Source of the DNA: Eledone cirrhosa
Lineage: Eukaryota
Assembly: GCA_964016885.1 (NCBI GenBank)
Contig: OZ024765.1
Coordinates: forward strand, 19,096,001 to 19,160,000
Direction of reading: 5' to 3'
Length of the DNA stretch: 64,000 bases
The first letter of the stretch is position 1. The number at the start of each line of letters is the position of its first letter. Below are positions 27,945-43,292 of this stretch, in pieces. Under the pieces are notes generated by a model. The model saw only the letters and a list, made by a program, of their open reading frames with translations. It was not told the origin of the DNA and ran no database searches. The position numbers and the translations under genes were made by a program.

Positions 27945-28805
27945 ATATATAGTAAAACCTACTCCAGCCAGTAGGCATCTCTAACAAAATACACCCCGTC
28001 CCACCACCCCCGCCCCCACCCCATCCACACCACCCCGTTCTATGTAAAGTTATGTTGGTGCCGCGCCATCGAGGCCGAAACAAATGAGATCGTGTAGGTG
28101 TCACGACAAAAAAACACACAGTCCACGCTGTAATGTGGCCGTGTAGGCAACACGGTAAAAACCTCCCAGACCCACACTGTAAATGTGGTTGGTGTTAGGA
28201 AGGGCATCCAACTGTAGAAAACCTGCCAGACAGTCCTATGCGAGCAAGACAATCACTCTTGCCTCAAGTGGGACTACCCCCGTCCAAACCCATGCAAGCG
28301 TGGAACACGGACGTTAAACGTTGATGATGATGATGATGATGATGATACAATATATATATATATATACATATTATATACATTATATATATATATATATACA
28401 TATTATATACATTATATATATATACATATTATATACATTATATATATATATATACATACATATATACATAATATATATATATATATACATACATATTATA
28501 TACATAATATATATATATATATACATACATATTATATACATAATATATATATATATATATACATACATATTATATACATAATATATATATATATATATAT
28601 ACATACATATTATATACATAATATATATATATATATATATACATACATATTATATACATAATATATATATATAAATATATATTATATACATATATATTAT
28701 ATACATAATATATATATACATATATATTATATACATATATATTATATACATAATATATATATACATATATATTATATACATAATATATATATACATATAT
28801 ATTAT

Positions 28806-31374
28806 AGAGTCGGACAATATAGAGGGAGAGTGGGAATTTCTGAAAGCAAACCTGCTGTTGGCGACAGACGAAGTCTGTGGCTGGAGCAGGCCTGTAGGCA
28901 GGAGGAGAGTAACATGGTGGTGGAACAGTAAGGTGGAGGGGTCAATTAAGGCCAAAAAGCAGGCTTGGAAAGTATGGCGGGATGGGGGAAGTAGAGAAGA
29001 CTATCAAGTGGCCAGGAGGGAAGCTAGGAGACAAGTGTACTTAGCAAGAAGGGAAGCTGAGGAAAGAAAGTTCAAGCATGTTCTACAACGCGATGACCAA
29101 AAACGTGAGGTGTTCAGGATTGCTAGGCAATGCGTCAAGGAAAACCGTGATATTGTCGGGGAGAAGTGTGTGCTAAACGACGATGGCACACTTGCCATCA
29201 CCGACGCTGATAAGAAGGTAGCTTGGAAGTGTCACTATGAAAGGCTACTAAATGAGGAGAATAAATGGGAGAAAGACAGTCTCCCCCACATCGACCCAAT
29301 AGAGGGACCAGCAGTGTTAGTCGAGGGTAGTATAATAAGTAAGGCAATCAAGGATATGAAGACGAGTAAGGCGGCTGGGCCTTCGGAAATAGTTGCTGAG
29401 ATGCTGAAGGCATCTGGCACGGTGGGACTCACCATGGTCACCCGGATAGTTAACCAAGTCGTACAGAATGGGGTTGTTCCGAAGGACTGGCATAGCAGCA
29501 TCATCGTTAACTGTTATAAGGGTAAAGGAGATGCCTTAGATAGGAGTAACTATAGAGGCATTAAATTAATCGACCAGGTCATGAAGGTCACGGAAAAAGT
29601 AATAGCGCAACTAATCAGAGAGAGAATTGACCTAGATGAAATGCAATTCGGGTTTGTGTCAGGCAAAAGTACCACAGACGCTCTTTTCATTGTACGACAA
29701 CTACAGGAGAAGTACCTAGCTAAAGGTAAACCCCTCTACTTAGCTTTTGTCGACTTGGAGAAAGCCTTCGACAGAGTCCCCCGTTCCATTATCTGGTGGG
29801 CCCTTAGAAAACTAGGTGTCGACGAATGGCTTGTGAGAGCTATACAAGCCATGTATAAAGAAACAGTCAGCAAGGTTAGAATTAACAACAAATATAGTGA
29901 AGAGTTTAGCGTAAAAGTTGGCGTCCATCAGGGCTCTGTTCTCAGCCCCCTACTATTTATTATTGCCCTTCAGGCTATAACAGAGGAGTTCAAGACCGGC
30001 TGCCCATGGGAACTCCTATACGCAGACGACCTGACACTCATAGCTGAATCAATGGCCGAGCTAGAGAAGAAATTCCAAACATGGAAGCACGGCCTAGAAT
30101 CAAAAGGCCTTAAAATTAACCTGGCTAAGACTAAAGTTCTAGTTTGTAGGAAAGAAAATAAGGCGGCGGTCCCTTCCGGGAAATGGCCATGCTCAGTGTG
30201 TAGGAAAGGCATAGGTAGAAACTCTATTTTATGTCCCAAATGCAAAGTATGGGTGCATAAAAGATATAGTGGGATCACAGGTAAGCTAACTAAGAACATA
30301 GATTTTACATGTGGCCGGTGCTCTGGTGCAATAAGTAGCAGCAAGTGCCCACAAAATACTAGCTCTTACAACTGCGCAGAGGGCTCTATAGAAATAGTGG
30401 ACAGCTTCCGTTACCTGGGTGACAAAATCAGCAGTGGGGGAGGGTGCTCTGAAAGTACAGTAGCTAGAGTCAGAACTGGATGGAAAAAGTTCAGAGAGCT
30501 TATACCACTATTAGCCGCTAAAGGGTTCTCCCTAAAAATGAAAGGCAGGTTGTATGATGCCTGCATACGAACAGCAATGTTGCATGGCAGTGAGACCTGG
30601 GCATTGTGTGCAGAGGATATACGCAGACTAGAGAGGAACGAAGCTTGCATGCTCCGCTGGATGTGTAATAGTAATATACGTGAATGGCAAAGCATAAACG
30701 AACTAAGGAAAAAATTAGAAATAAGAGGGATCAGATGTTGTTTACTCGAGAGAAGGCTACGTTGGTATGGACACGTGATGCGCATGAAAGTCGATAGCTG
30801 TATAACAAAGTGCAGGGCAATAAAGATAGACGGTAGCCACGGAATAGGCAGACCTAGAAAAACCTGGGACGAGCTGATAAACTCCGACCTCACACACTTA
30901 CACCTCTCCAAGACAATGTCACTGGACCGAGACCTTTGGCGGTACTCAGTAACAGAGAAGACCCGCCTTACCTAAATACATAGTAAAACCTACTACAGCC
31001 AGTAGGCATCTAACAAAATACCCCACCCCCCCGTCCCACCACCCCCAACCCATCCACGCCACCCCGTTCTATGTAAAGTTGTGTTGGTGCCACACCATCC
31101 AGGCCGAAACAAATGAGATCGTGTAGGTGTCACGACAAAAAAACACACAGTCCACGCTGTAATGTGGCCGTGTAGGCAACACGGTAAAAACCTCCCAGAC
31201 CCACACTGTAAATGTGGTTGGTGTTAGGAAGGGCATCCAACTGTAGAAAACCTGCCAGACAGTCCTATGCGAGCAAGACAATCACTCTTGCCTCAAGTGG
31301 GACTACCCCCGTCCAAACCCATGCAAGCGTGGAACACGGACGTTAAACGGTGATGATGATGATGATGATGATAT
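28806..31374 (+). mobile_element. RTE family A, 5'-truncated (open frame 28858-30975)
   Basis: Highly similar to 25775-28346; one PHD Cys is mutated (KRY). Confidence 0.95.
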
Positions 31375-31510
31375 ATATATATAATATATATATATATAAT
31401 ATATATATATATATATAATATATATATATATATATAATATGTATATATATATAAAATGTATATATATATATATATATAATATGTATATATATATATATAA
31501 TATGTATATA

Positions 31511-32353
31511 TCATCATCATCATCGTTTAACGTCCATTTTCCACGCTAGCATGGGTCTGGACGGGAATTGTCCCACTTGAGTCAAGATTGGTTGTCTTGT
31601 TCAGGACTGTCTTGCGGGTTTTATACGGCTGAATGCCCTTCCTCACACCAACCACATTTACAGTGTGGGCTGGGGGGTTTTTACCGTGTTACCTACACGG
31701 CCACATTACAGAGTGGACTGTGTGTTTTTTTGACTTGACACCTACACGACCTCATTTATTTAGGACTGGATGTTGTGGTACCAACATAGCTATACATCGA
31801 AAGGGGTGGTGTAGATAGTGGTGGGGGGTAGGGTTGGGACAGGGGTGTATTTTGGTTAAGAGGTGCCTACTGACTGTAGGTTTCGCTTTGTACTTAGGCA
31901 AGGCGAGTCTTCTGTATTACTACGTAGCGCCAAAGGTCTCGGTCCAGTGACATTGTCTTGGAGAGGTGTAAGTGTGTGAGGTCGGATTTTATCAAGTCGT
32001 CCCAGGTTTTTCTGGGTCTGCCTACTCCGTGGCTACCGTCTATTTTGATCGCCCTGCACTTTTTTATACAGCTGTCGTCTTTCATGCGCATCACGTGACC
32101 ATACCAACGTAGTCTTCTCTCGAGTAAACAGCATCTGATCCCTCTTATTCCTAATTTCTCACTTAGTTCATTTATGCTTTGCCGTTCACATATATTACTA
32201 TTACACATCCAACGGAGCATGCAAGCTTCGTTCCTCTCTAGTCTGCGTATATCCTCTGCACACAATGCCCAGGTCTCACTGCCATGTAGCATTGCTGTTT
32301 GTATACAGGCATCATACAGCCAGCCTTTCATTTTTAGAGAGAAATCTTTAGCA

Positions 32354-32356
<3 letters not shown>
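31511..32356 (-). mobile_element. RTE family A, diverged 5'-truncated copy
   Basis: AMLHGSETW...GRPRKTW plus 3' UTR and tail. Confidence 0.9.
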
Positions 32357-32400
<44 letters not shown>

Positions 32401-32462
32401 TATGTATATATATATATCATCATGAATATATATATCATGATATATATATATACATACGTATA

Positions 32463-32502
<40 letters not shown>

Positions 32503-32508
32503 CGTATA

Positions 32509-32554
<46 letters not shown>

Positions 32555-32560
32555 CGTATA

Positions 32561-32602
<42 letters not shown>

Positions 32603-32604
32603 CG

Positions 32605-32636
<32 letters not shown>

Positions 32637-32849
32637 CGTATATATATATGTATCATGATATATATATATATATATACATACGTATATATGTGTGTATATA
32701 TATATATATATACATACGTATATATGTATATATATATATATATACATACGTATATATATATGCATATATATATATATATATGATTATATATGATTATTTA
32801 TATATATATATACACATACGTATATATGTGTATATATGATTATATATGA

Positions 32850-32888
<39 letters not shown>

Positions 32889-32930
32889 CGTATATATATG
32901 TGTATATATATATATATATACATACGTATA

Positions 32931-32964
<34 letters not shown>

Positions 32965-32974
32965 CATACGTATA

Positions 32975-33014
<40 letters not shown>

Positions 33015-33285
33015 CACATATATATGTGTATATATATATATACATATATATATATACATACGTATATATATGTGTATATATATATATATACATATATATA
33101 TATACATACGTATATATATGTGTATATATATATATATACATATATATATATACATATATATATACATATATATACATACATACGTATATATATGTGTATA
33201 TATATATATATACATATATATATATACATATATATATACATATATATACATATACATATATATACATATATATACATATATATAC

Positions 33286-33362
<77 letters not shown>

Positions 33363-33379
33363 CATATATATATACATAC

Positions 33380-33416
<37 letters not shown>

Positions 33417-33417
33417 T

Positions 33418-35522
33418 ATCATCATCATCATCAACGTTTAACGTCCGTGTTCCACGCTTGCATGGGTTTGGACGGGGGTAGTCCCACTTGAGGCAAGAGT
33501 GATTGTCTTGCTCGCATAGGACTGTCTGGCAGGTTTTCTACAGTTGGATGCCCTTCCTAACACCAACCACATTTACAGTGTGGGTCTGGGAGGTTTTTAC
33601 CGTGTTGCCTACACGGCCACATTACAGCGTGGACTGTGTGTTTTTTTGTCGTGACACCTACACGATCTCATTTGTTTCGGCCTCGATGGCGCGGCACCAA
33701 CATAACTTTACATAGAACGGGGTGGTGTGGATGGGGTAGGGGTGGGGGTGGTGGGACGGGGTGTATTTTGTTAGGGATGCCTACTGGCTGGAGTAGGTTT
33801 TACTATATATTTAGGTAAGGCGGGTCTTCTCTGTTACTGAGTACCGCCAAAGGTCTCGGTCCAGCGACATTGTCTTGGAGAGGTGTAAGTGTGTGATGTC
33901 GGAGTTTATCAGCTCGTCCCAGGTTTTTCTAGGTCTGCCTATTCCGTGACTACCGTCTATCTTTATTGCCCTGCACTTTGTTATACAGCTATCGACTTTC
34001 ATGCGCATCACGTGTCCATACCAACGTAGCCTTCTCTCGAGTAAACAACATCTGATCCCTCTTATCTCTAATTTTTTCCTTAGTTCGTTTATGCTTTGCC
34101 GTTCACGTATATTACTGTTACACATCCAGCGGAGCATGCAAGCTTCGTTCCTCTCTAGTCTGCGTATATCCTCTGCACACAATGCCCAGGTCTCACTGCC
34201 ATGCAGCATTGCTGTTCGTATGCAGGCATCATACAACCTGCCTTTCATTTTTAGTGAGAACCCTTTAGCAGCTAATAGTGGTATAAGCTCTCTGAACTTT
34301 TTCCAACCAGTTCTGACTCTAGCTACAGTACTTTCAGAGCACCCTCCCCCACTGCTGATTTTATCGCCCAGGTAACGGAAGCTGTCCACTATTTCTATAG
34401 AACCCTCTGCGCAATTGAAAGAGCTAGTAGCTTGTGGGCACTTGCTGCTACTTATTGCACCAGAGCACCGGCCACATGTAAAATCTATGTTCTTAGTTAG
34501 CTTACCTGTGATCCCACTACATCTTTTATGCACCCATACTTTGCATTTAGGACATAAAATGGAGTTTCTACCTACGCCTTTCCTACACACCGAGCACGAC
34601 CATTTCCCAGAAGGGACCGCCGCCTTGTTTTCTTTCCTACAAACTAGTACTTTGGTCTTAGCCAGGTTAATTTTAAGTCCTTTTGACTCTAGGCCGTGCT
34701 TCCATGTTTGGAATTTCTTCTCTAGCTCGGCCATTGATTCCGCTATGAGTGTCAGGTCGTCTGCGTATAGGAGTTCCCATGGGCAGCCTGTCTTGAACTC
34801 CTCTGTTATAGCCTGAAGGGCAATAATAAATAGTAGTGGGCTGAGAACAGAGCCCTGATGGACGCCAACTTTTACGCTAAACTCTTCACTATATTCGTTG
34901 TTAATTCTAACCTTGCTGACTGTTTCTTTATACATGGCTTGTATAGCCCTCACAAGCCATTCGTCAACGCCTAGTTTTCTAAGAGCCCACCAGATAATGG
35001 AGCGGGGGACTCTGTCGAAGGCTTTCTCCAAGTCGACAAAAGCTAAGTAGAGGGGTTTACCTTTAGCTAGGTACTTCTCCTGTAGTTGTCGTACTATGAA
35101 AAGAGCGTCTGTGGTACTTTTGCCTGACACAAACCCGAACTGCATTTCATCTAGGTCAATTCTCTCTCTGATTAGTTGCGCTATTACTTTTTCCGTGACC
35201 TTCATGACCTGGTCGATTAATTTAATGCCTCTATAGTTACTCCTATCTAGGGCGTCTCCTTTACCCTTATAACAGTTAACGATGATGCTGCTATGCTAGT
35301 CCTTCGGAACAACCCCATTCTGTACGACTTGGTTAACTATGCGGGTGACCATGGTGTGTCCCACCGTGCCAGATGTCTTCAGCATCTCAGCAACTATTTC
35401 CGAAGGCCCAGCCGCCTTACCCGTCTTCATATCCTTGATTGCCTTACTTATTATACTCCCCTCGACTAACACTGCTGGTCCCTCTATTGGGTCGATATGG
35501 GGGAGACTGCCTTTCTCCCAAT

Positions 35523-35523
<1 letters not shown>
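33418..35523 (-). mobile_element. RTE family A, 5'-truncated, with one nonsense mutation
   Basis: Nearly identical to the full copy; TGG>TAG near 35297. Confidence 0.95.
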
Positions 35524-35562
<39 letters not shown>

Positions 35563-35995
35563 CGTATATATATATATATATATATACATACATACATACA
35601 TATATATATATACATACATATATACATATATATATATACATACATATATACATATATATATATACATACATATATACATATATATATATACATACATATA
35701 TACATATATATATATACATACATATATACATATATATATACATACATACATATATACATATATATATACATACATACATATATACATATATATATACATA
35801 CGTATATATATATATATATATATATACATACATATATATATATATACATACATATATACATACGTATATATATATATATATATACATACATACATATATA
35901 CATACATATATACATACGTATATATATATATATATATACATACATACATATATACATACGTATATATATATATATATACATACATATATACATAC

Positions 35996-36032
<37 letters not shown>

Positions 36033-36093
36033 CATATATACATACATATATATATATACATACATATATACATACATATATATATATACATAC

Positions 36094-36140
<47 letters not shown>

Positions 36141-36171
36141 CATACATATATACATACGTATATATATATAT

Positions 36172-39100
36172 AACTTTGAATAACTTTGAAATGTTTTGGC
36201 CAGTATTGGCCCAGGCCATGTCTAACTTAATAGCACCACCTGGCGAAGTCTTTCAATTCAGGATTTGGGCACCATGGCCCATTCGAGAAGAGAATTACTG
36301 TTTGCGGAGACATATCCGGGTGTGGGTGGTTTGTCCGGGATTACTTGGAGGAATTTGTCCAAAGACTTCTTGAATTTTGTGTGGTCAGTTTCTGTTTTGA
36401 CGTGTCCTGGTGTGATGTTGAAGAGAGCAGGGCCGATTGAGGTGAAATAATTGTGCCGTATTGTTGTTATGAGTTGCGATTTAGATTTTTGAATGGGACG
36501 GATAGCACGGGGCCCAAGCCTTGGGTGTATCTTGAAGGCGATGCCAACATCATTTGGGCAGTGATGATGGAACATTTTCCACATCATGCAGATAATATAA
36601 CGCTCACGGCGACGTTGGAGTGAGTAAAGTTTCAGGTTTTCCAATCGACCCCAGTAGTCATGGTCTGACATGCCATCTATCTTTTTCGTGATTGCCCTTT
36701 GAGGAGCTTCAAGTTTCATGATACTTTGTTTCGTGTGGGGAGACCACAGTGGACAACAGTATTCAAGGTGTGGTCGGGCGAAAGTAGAGAAGAGAAGGAT
36801 AATGGTGCGGGAATCTCTCGACTGGAAGGTTCTGAGGATCCAGGAACACATTCTGCGGGCCATGTCAACTTTGCTGCTTATATGCGTGGTCCAGCTTATG
36901 TTGCTGTCCACGGTTACTCCCAAGTCTCTGATGTTGTTAGATGCCACGAGAGTTTCCCCGGAGGGAAGGGAGTACGGGCGTTTCAGAGCATCCTCTTTTC
37001 CAAAGTGGATCAGTTCGAATTTGTCTTCGTTCAGTAACATGTTGTTCTTTTCTGCCCATTGGGTAACAGCCAGTAGGTCTGACTGAAGGCTTATCCGGTC
37101 ATCCACGCCATTGATGACCTTTTGGAGCTTGGAATCATCAGCGAAAATTTTAATGTTGCTGTGTTTGATGATGTCAGTGATGTCATTAATATAGATGATG
37201 AAGAGAAGTGGGCCCAACACAGTGCCTTGTGGGACTCCACTACTGACTTTGGCTGGGCTTGATTTGACTCCCTCAACTACAACATGTTGGGTTCTGTTTG
37301 ACAGGAAGCTCTTGATCCACTGCAGCAGCTTTCCAGTGACACCAATATTGGACAGCTTTCTCAGTAGAATGTTATGATCAACCCTGTCAAAGGCCTTGCT
37401 GAAATCAAGGTAGATAACATCAGTGTTGGAACCCTCTCCCAAGGCTCTCAAAATGTCATCAAAGTGATGCAGTAGTTGCGTCAGGCAATCCCTTCCATTA
37501 CGGAATCCATGCTGGTTGGAGTTCAGCATATTGTTACTCTCAAGGAAGTGGGTCATTCGCGATCTCACCACTCGCTCAAATACCTTAATGATATGAGAGG
37601 TGAGTGAGATTGGACGGTAATTCACGGCAAGGGATTTGTTTCCCTTTTTGAAAACTGGGACAACAGACTGGGATAGAAGGTTTTCTGGCACATATCCAGC
37701 ATCCAGTGAGTTCCGCCACAGATTGGCAAGAGGAGAAGCAAGTTGGTGTTGACACGCCTTCAAGACACAAGCAGGGAACCTATCGGGACCTACTGCTGAA
37801 TTATGCTTGATTTCCTTTATTGCCGCCAAGACATCAGGGGCGCCAAACGTTATGTCCGATAAGGTGTAATGGGGAGTAACATCGCCGATACAGCCCAGAT
37901 CGGCCATATCAGGATTGCTGAAAACAGAGCAGTATTGTTTCTGCAGTATCTCACCCATGGTTTTAGCATTGTCTTGAAGAGTGCCATTTTCATCAATTAG
38001 AGGGCCAACAGTAGAGCCAGTGATTTTGTGTTTTTTTGCAAATGAAAAGAACACTTTGGGATTGAGTTTGATCTTCTCAATGGCCCAGGCCTCTTCAGCT
38101 CTTCTCTGATTGTTGATGAGGGACATTATGTTGTTTTGGAGGTTATGTTTTTTAATCTCTAGTGATGAAGTGGCAGTCAAGTTGATGTGTTGCTGCTGAC
38201 AGTATTTCAGCTTGTTGATTTTTTTGTTCGTTCTCTTAATTTTTCTGATGAGCGTTTTTCTATTTCTAGGGATTCTGCTCTTAGATTTGTTTATAGTTCT
38301 TAATGGGGTGTGTTTAGCACATATGTTTGTAACAGTGTCCACAAATGTCTGCCAGGACTTTTTGATGTTAGTGGGTGTATGAGTATGCGTGAAGGACCAG
38401 TCGACATGTGCAAGATCATGACTGATCGCTTCCCAGTTTGCATTGTGGAAATCCATAGCGTCAAACGGATGGACAGGAGAGATGACATTGGGTTTGTATA
38501 TTGGACGGTGGAATCTCAGATCACAGAGAACCATGTCATGATCAGAGAGTAGAGTTTTCTCCACTGCAATATTGTGGATATTGTCAGTGTGATTGCTGAA
38601 AATTAAGTCTAGGACGTTTTTGTGGCACCTCGTTGGTTCGAGCACTAGTTGGGATAGGAAGAATTCATCCATGAAGTCAAGAAGCGATTCCACAGCTTCC
38701 CTGTCAGAGGTTGAGGCAGAAGAACCTGGTGGCAGGGTGTTTGTGGACCAGTCAACTCCGGGGAGGTTGAAGTCCCCCATCATTAAGATGTTGTCAGGGT
38801 GACACTCTTGGATGAAGCACTTTATGCTGTTGAGGCATTCCTTGAAGCATGGTACAGGCGTTTGGGGTGGCCTATAGAGCCCAACTACTAATAGGTTGTT
38901 GGTTTGACTGAATACAGTGACTGCCTCACAGTATCCATTAGTGAATATGTTCATAGCCTCTGTTGAGAAAGAATTATGGACATAAATGGCAGTTCCGCCC
39001 TTTCTTCTGCCAGCGCGATCAGCACGGATGGCTTTGAAATTTTTCACTTTCACCTCGGCTTCCAAGTGGAGGTTACTGAGATGGGTTTCAGTGAGGACGA

Positions 39101-39260
39101 AGAAAGGGATGTGGTTTGGATGGACATCAATCCAGTCCTCCAGGAATTTGATCTTCCATTTTTGAGTATTGGTGGAAGGGCTGATGCCTTGGGCGTTAAG
39201 CAAAAATGTAGAGGCGAGAGTGGATGGTTTTAATTGTTTTGGTGTGTTGTTAATATTTGG
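36172..39260 (-). mobile_element. CR1-like LINE truncated just upstream of ORF2
   Basis: Short 3' UTR ending in (TTCAAAGTTA)2 next to (TA)n. Confidence 0.85.
36258..39203 (-). CDS. CR1-like ORF2 (APE + RT), uninterrupted
   Basis: LNAQG, LTETHL, MGDFN, SDH; [34 protein letters not shown]; no ATG, frame stays open upstream. Confidence 0.93.
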   Translation of the reverse strand: MLNAQGISPSTNTQKWKIKFLEDWIDVHPNHIPFFVLTETHLSNLHLEAEVKVKNFKAIRADRAGRRKGGTAIYVHNSFSTEAMNIFTNGYCEAVTVFSQTNNLLVVGLYRPPQTPVPCFKECLNSIKCFIQECHPDNILMMGDFNLPGVDWSTNTLPPGSSASTSDREAVESLLDFMDEFFLSQLVLEPTRCHKNVLDLIFSNHTDNIHNIAVEKTLLSDHDMVLCDLRFHRPIYKPNVISPVHPFDAMDFHNANWEAISHDLAHVDWSFTHTHTPTNIKKSWQTFVDTVTNICAKHTPLRTINKSKSRIPRNRKTLIRKIKRTNKKINKLKYCQQQHINLTATSSLEIKKHNLQNNIMSLINNQRRAEEAWAIEKIKLNPKVFFSFAKKHKITGSTVGPLIDENGTLQDNAKTMGEILQKQYCSVFSNPDMADLGCIGDVTPHYTLSDITFGAPDVLAAIKEIKHNSAVGPDRFPACVLKACQHQLASPLANLWRNSLDAGYVPENLLSQSVVPVFKKGNKSLAVNYRPISLTSHIIKVFERVVRSRMTHFLESNNMLNSNQHGFRNGRDCLTQLLHHFDDILRALGEGSNTDVIYLDFSKAFDRVDHNILLRKLSNIGVTGKLLQWIKSFLSNRTQHVVVEGVKSSPAKVSSGVPQGTVLGPLLFIIYINDITDIIKHSNIKIFADDSKLQKVINGVDDRISLQSDLLAVTQWAEKNNMLLNEDKFELIHFGKEDALKRPYSLPSGETLVASNNIRDLGVTVDSNISWTTHISSKVDMARRMCSWILRTFQSRDSRTIILLFSTFARPHLEYCCPLWSPHTKQSIMKLEAPQRAITKKIDGMSDHDYWGRLENLKLYSLQRRRERYIICMMWKMFHHHCPNDVGIAFKIHPRLGPRAIRPIQKSKSQLITTIRHNYFTSIGPALFNITPGHVKTETDHTKFKKSLDKFLQVIPDKPPTPGYVSANSNSLLEWAMVPKS

Positions 39261-39275
39261 TTTATTTGGTCCTCA

Positions 39276-39312
<37 letters not shown>

Positions 39313-39317
<5 letters not shown>

Positions 39318-39436
39318 TGAGGACCAAATAAATTAACTATGGAGATATAAAAGATACGAAAGCGAAAACCAACCAAACAGTGAGTGTGTTCTGTTATTAT
39401 TTCAGGCAATATTATTACAACAATATGACCCTCCCT
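39313..39436 (+). repeat. Short dispersed element, duplicated at 40730-40855
   Basis: Near-identical sequence at both sites; end motif ATGACCCTCCC is shared with ~21698-21722. Confidence 0.85.
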
Positions 39437-39545
39437 ACATACATATATATATATACATACATATATTATAATATATGTGTATACATAGAAATATATGTAT
39501 GTATATATATATATTTATATATATATATGTACATATGTATATATA

Positions 39546-39609
<64 letters not shown>

Positions 39610-40189
39610 CATACATATATATATACATACATATATATATACATACATATATATATACATACATATATATATATACATACATATATATATACATACATAT
39701 ATATATACATACATACATATATATATATACATACATACATATATATATACATACATATATATATACATACATATATATATACATACATACATATATATAT
39801 ATACATACATACATATATATATACATACATATATATATACATACATATATACATACATATATATACATACATACATACATACACATACATACATACACAC
39901 ACACACACACATACATACATATATATATGATTATTTATACAGAACACATTGCCTGTTAGAATTCTAAGCCAAATTGCAAGTTTTTCAATTGAAATCGTTT
40001 TGGCTGTTACTTCTCTTCTGTACTGAGAAAACCTACAAGGTTATCATTACAAGTTTCACATATCATTGTCACCTCATCTCAGCATATTTCTATCGTTCTG
40101 CCTATGCAGGAAACTTTATAAAAGTTGCTATTTTTGTCTGCTATGTTCATGCTGAAATAATGATATATTTGTCACTGTGTATATGTTTG

Positions 40190-40254
<65 letters not shown>

Positions 40255-40353
40255 ATATATATATGAATTTATGTATATATGTATACATAGAAATATATGT
40301 ATGTATGTATATATATATGTATATATTTATATATATAATTATATGTATATATA

Positions 40354-40398
<45 letters not shown>

Positions 40399-40527
40399 AT
40401 ACATAGAAATATATGTATGTATATATATATATTTATATATATATGTACATATGTATATGTGTGTGTATATATATATATATATATATGTGTATACATAGAA
40501 ATATATGTATGTATATATATATGTACA

Positions 40528-40586
<59 letters not shown>

Positions 40587-40641
40587 ATACATAGAAATAT
40601 ATGTATGTATGTATATATATATGTGTACATATGTATATATT

Positions 40642-40734
<93 letters not shown>

Positions 40735-40740
40735 TGAGGA

Positions 40741-40988
40741 CCAAATAAATTAACTATGGAGATATAAAAGATACGGAAGCGAAAACCAACCAAACAGTGA
40801 GTGTGTTCTGTTATTATTTCAGGCAATATTATTACAACAATATGACCCTCCCCAAGTATATATATTGTTATACTTGGGGAGGGTCATATTGTTGTAATAA
40901 TATTGCCTGGAATAATAACAGAACACACTCACTGTTTGGTTGGTTTTCGCTTCTGTATCTTTTATATCTCCATAGTTAATTTATTTGG
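40741..40988. repeat. Fold-back palindrome (~120-bp arms, 8-nt loop)
   Basis: Arms are complementary with about 2 mismatches. Confidence 0.95.
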
Positions 40989-41296
40989 CAATCAATGTTT
41001 ATCATTGATTGACCAGGGGTTAAAAATACAGATATAAATATATCTGTGCCTCTTCCTATCTACGGTTAGCTTTCCTCTTTGTTGTTACTTGTCTCACTCG
41101 CTTTACGCATTTTAATTGTCCTAATAACTTATTTTAGTTATTATTGCACCAACATGAGGTATATGATTTTTAATGCAATGAAATATCTATGATCGTTGGC
41201 AAATCACTGATGAGGGACTCATTTTATAACATGTTATCCATGTGCAACCTGCAGTATTCTTCTCCCCATTTTTTCACATATAAATATATATATATA

Positions 41297-41348
41297 TAGT
41301 CTAACAAAGTTCTTTCGTCACACATCTGTAACATCATCAGTGGTACTA
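41297..41348 (-). ncRNA. Hammerhead fold, family H1, second (partly decayed) copy
   Basis: CTGATGA-T-GTTACA(gatg)TGTGAC-GAAA-GAACTTTGTTA-GACTA; the island starts TGGCGTAG like the 21468 island. Confidence 0.55.
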
Positions 41349-41688
41349 TTATGTTTCCTCCTGTTGTATTGTAATGTCTACGCCAGAAGAAAAAATATAT
41401 ATATATAAATATATGCAATTGGAACACATGTATAGTTATATCTGTGTTCATCCCTCTCATATATCCAATTATATATAAATATATATATATTTCATCATCA
41501 TCATTTAACGTCCATCTTCCACGCTACCATGGCACTATGACTACATCACATTAAAAAGTGAAGTTTCTAATTTAGTTTACCACAAATTTTCACAATGATC
41601 TGTCCATTATTAAAGATACTATAAACATTTGAATTGAAAAACCTGATTTTAGATATTTTCTGCTAAATCATTGCAGGATGTTAAGAAA

Positions 41689-41865
41689 TACCGTATTTCC
41701 CGGCACTGAAGATGCTTCATCCTCAAGGACTCTTCCTAATTCTGACAACCAAAAATTTGAAAAAAAAATAATAGACAACCTTCAGCCTCCAGGATGCATG
41801 GTAGATTTTTTTAGACTTATTTTAGGAGGAAAAAGGTACTGTCTTCGAAGCCGGAAAATATGGCA
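41689..41865. mobile_element. pogo/Tigger-like MITE
   Basis: TACCGTATTTCCCGGC..GAAGA pairs with GTCTTCGAAGCCGGAAAATATGGCA. Confidence 0.6.
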
Positions 41866-42049
41866 ATTAAAAGCTTAGCCTAAATGCTTCGAAGAAATAA
41901 TTGCACCCCATTAAAAATGAAAGTCTTTACTTTAATACACTAAAGTTTCATAATTTATCCATTAGTAAAGATATTATAAACATTTGAACTAACAAACCAC
42001 ATGGCACACATTAATAAGACAATGTTTAAAAGTATAAAACAACTCTATA

Positions 42050-43292
42050 AATGTATCACATTAAATATTAAAGTCTTTACTCTAATACTGCAAAGTTTCA
42101 CAACAATCTGTCCACTAGTAAATATATTATAAACGTTTGAATTAACAAACGTGTTTCAAACATTTCCTGCTAAATCATTTAGGAAAACTGGTTGCATTAC
42201 ATTAAAAATGGAAGTCTTTACTTCAATACTGCAAAGTTTCACAACAATCTGTCCACTAGTAAATATATTATAAACGTTTGAATTAACAAACGTGTTTCAA
42301 ACATTTCCTGCTAAATCATTTAGGAAAACTGGTTGCATTACATTAAAAATGGAAGTCTTTTCTTCAATACTGCAAAGTTTCACAACAATCTGTCCACTAG
42401 TAAATATATTATAAACGTTTGAATTAACAAACGTGTTTCAAACACTTCCTGCTAAATCATTTAGGAAAACTGGTTGCATTACATTAAAAATGGAAGTCTT
42501 TTCTTCAATACTGCAAAGTTTCACAACAATCTATCCACTAGTAAATATATTATAAACGTTTGAATTAACAAACGTGTTTCAAACATTTCCTGCTAAATCA
42601 TTTAGGAAAACTGGTTGCATTACATTAAAAATGGAAGTCTTTTCTTCAATACTGCAAAGTTTCACAACAATCTGTCCACTAGTAAATATATTATAAACGT
42701 TTGAATTAACAAACGTGTTTCAAACATTTCCTGCTAAATCATTTAGGAAAATGGTTGCATTACATTAAAAATGGAAGTCTTTACTTCAATACTGCAAAGT
42801 TTCACAACAATCTGTCCACTAGTAAATATATTATAAACGTTTGAATTAACAAACGTGTTTCAAACATTTCCTGCTAAATCATTTAGGAAAATGGTTGCAT
42901 TACATTAAAAATGGAAGTCTTTACTTCAATACTGCAAAGTTTCACAACAATCTGTCCACTAGTAAATATATTATAAACGTTTGAATTAACAAACGTGTTT
43001 CAAACATTTCCTGCTAAATCATTTAGGAAAATGGTTGCATTACATTAAAAATGGAAGTCTTTACTTCAATACTGCAAAGTTTCACAACAATCTGTCCACT
43101 AGTAAATATATTATAAACGTTTGAATTAACAAACGTGTTTCAAACATTTCCTGCTAAATCATTTAGGAAAACTGGTTGCATTATATTAAAAATGGAAGTC
43201 TTTACTTCAATACTGCAAAGTTTCAAAAGATACTATAAACATTTGAATTAACAAACCTGATTTTAGATATTTTCTGCTAAATCCTTGCAGAA
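42050..43292. repeat. 141-bp AT-rich tandem repeat (~8.5 copies, diverged copies upstream)
   Basis: CAAAGTTTCAC at 42091, 42232, 42373 and onward. Confidence 0.95.

Larger units (their letters stand above)
24360..28346 (+). mobile_element. Apparently full-length RTE-clade LINE (family A)
   Basis: 5' region, intact single ORF, ~380-nt 3' UTR, stem-loop and (GAT)n tail, all within (TA)n; exact 5' boundary uncertain. Confidence 0.9.
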
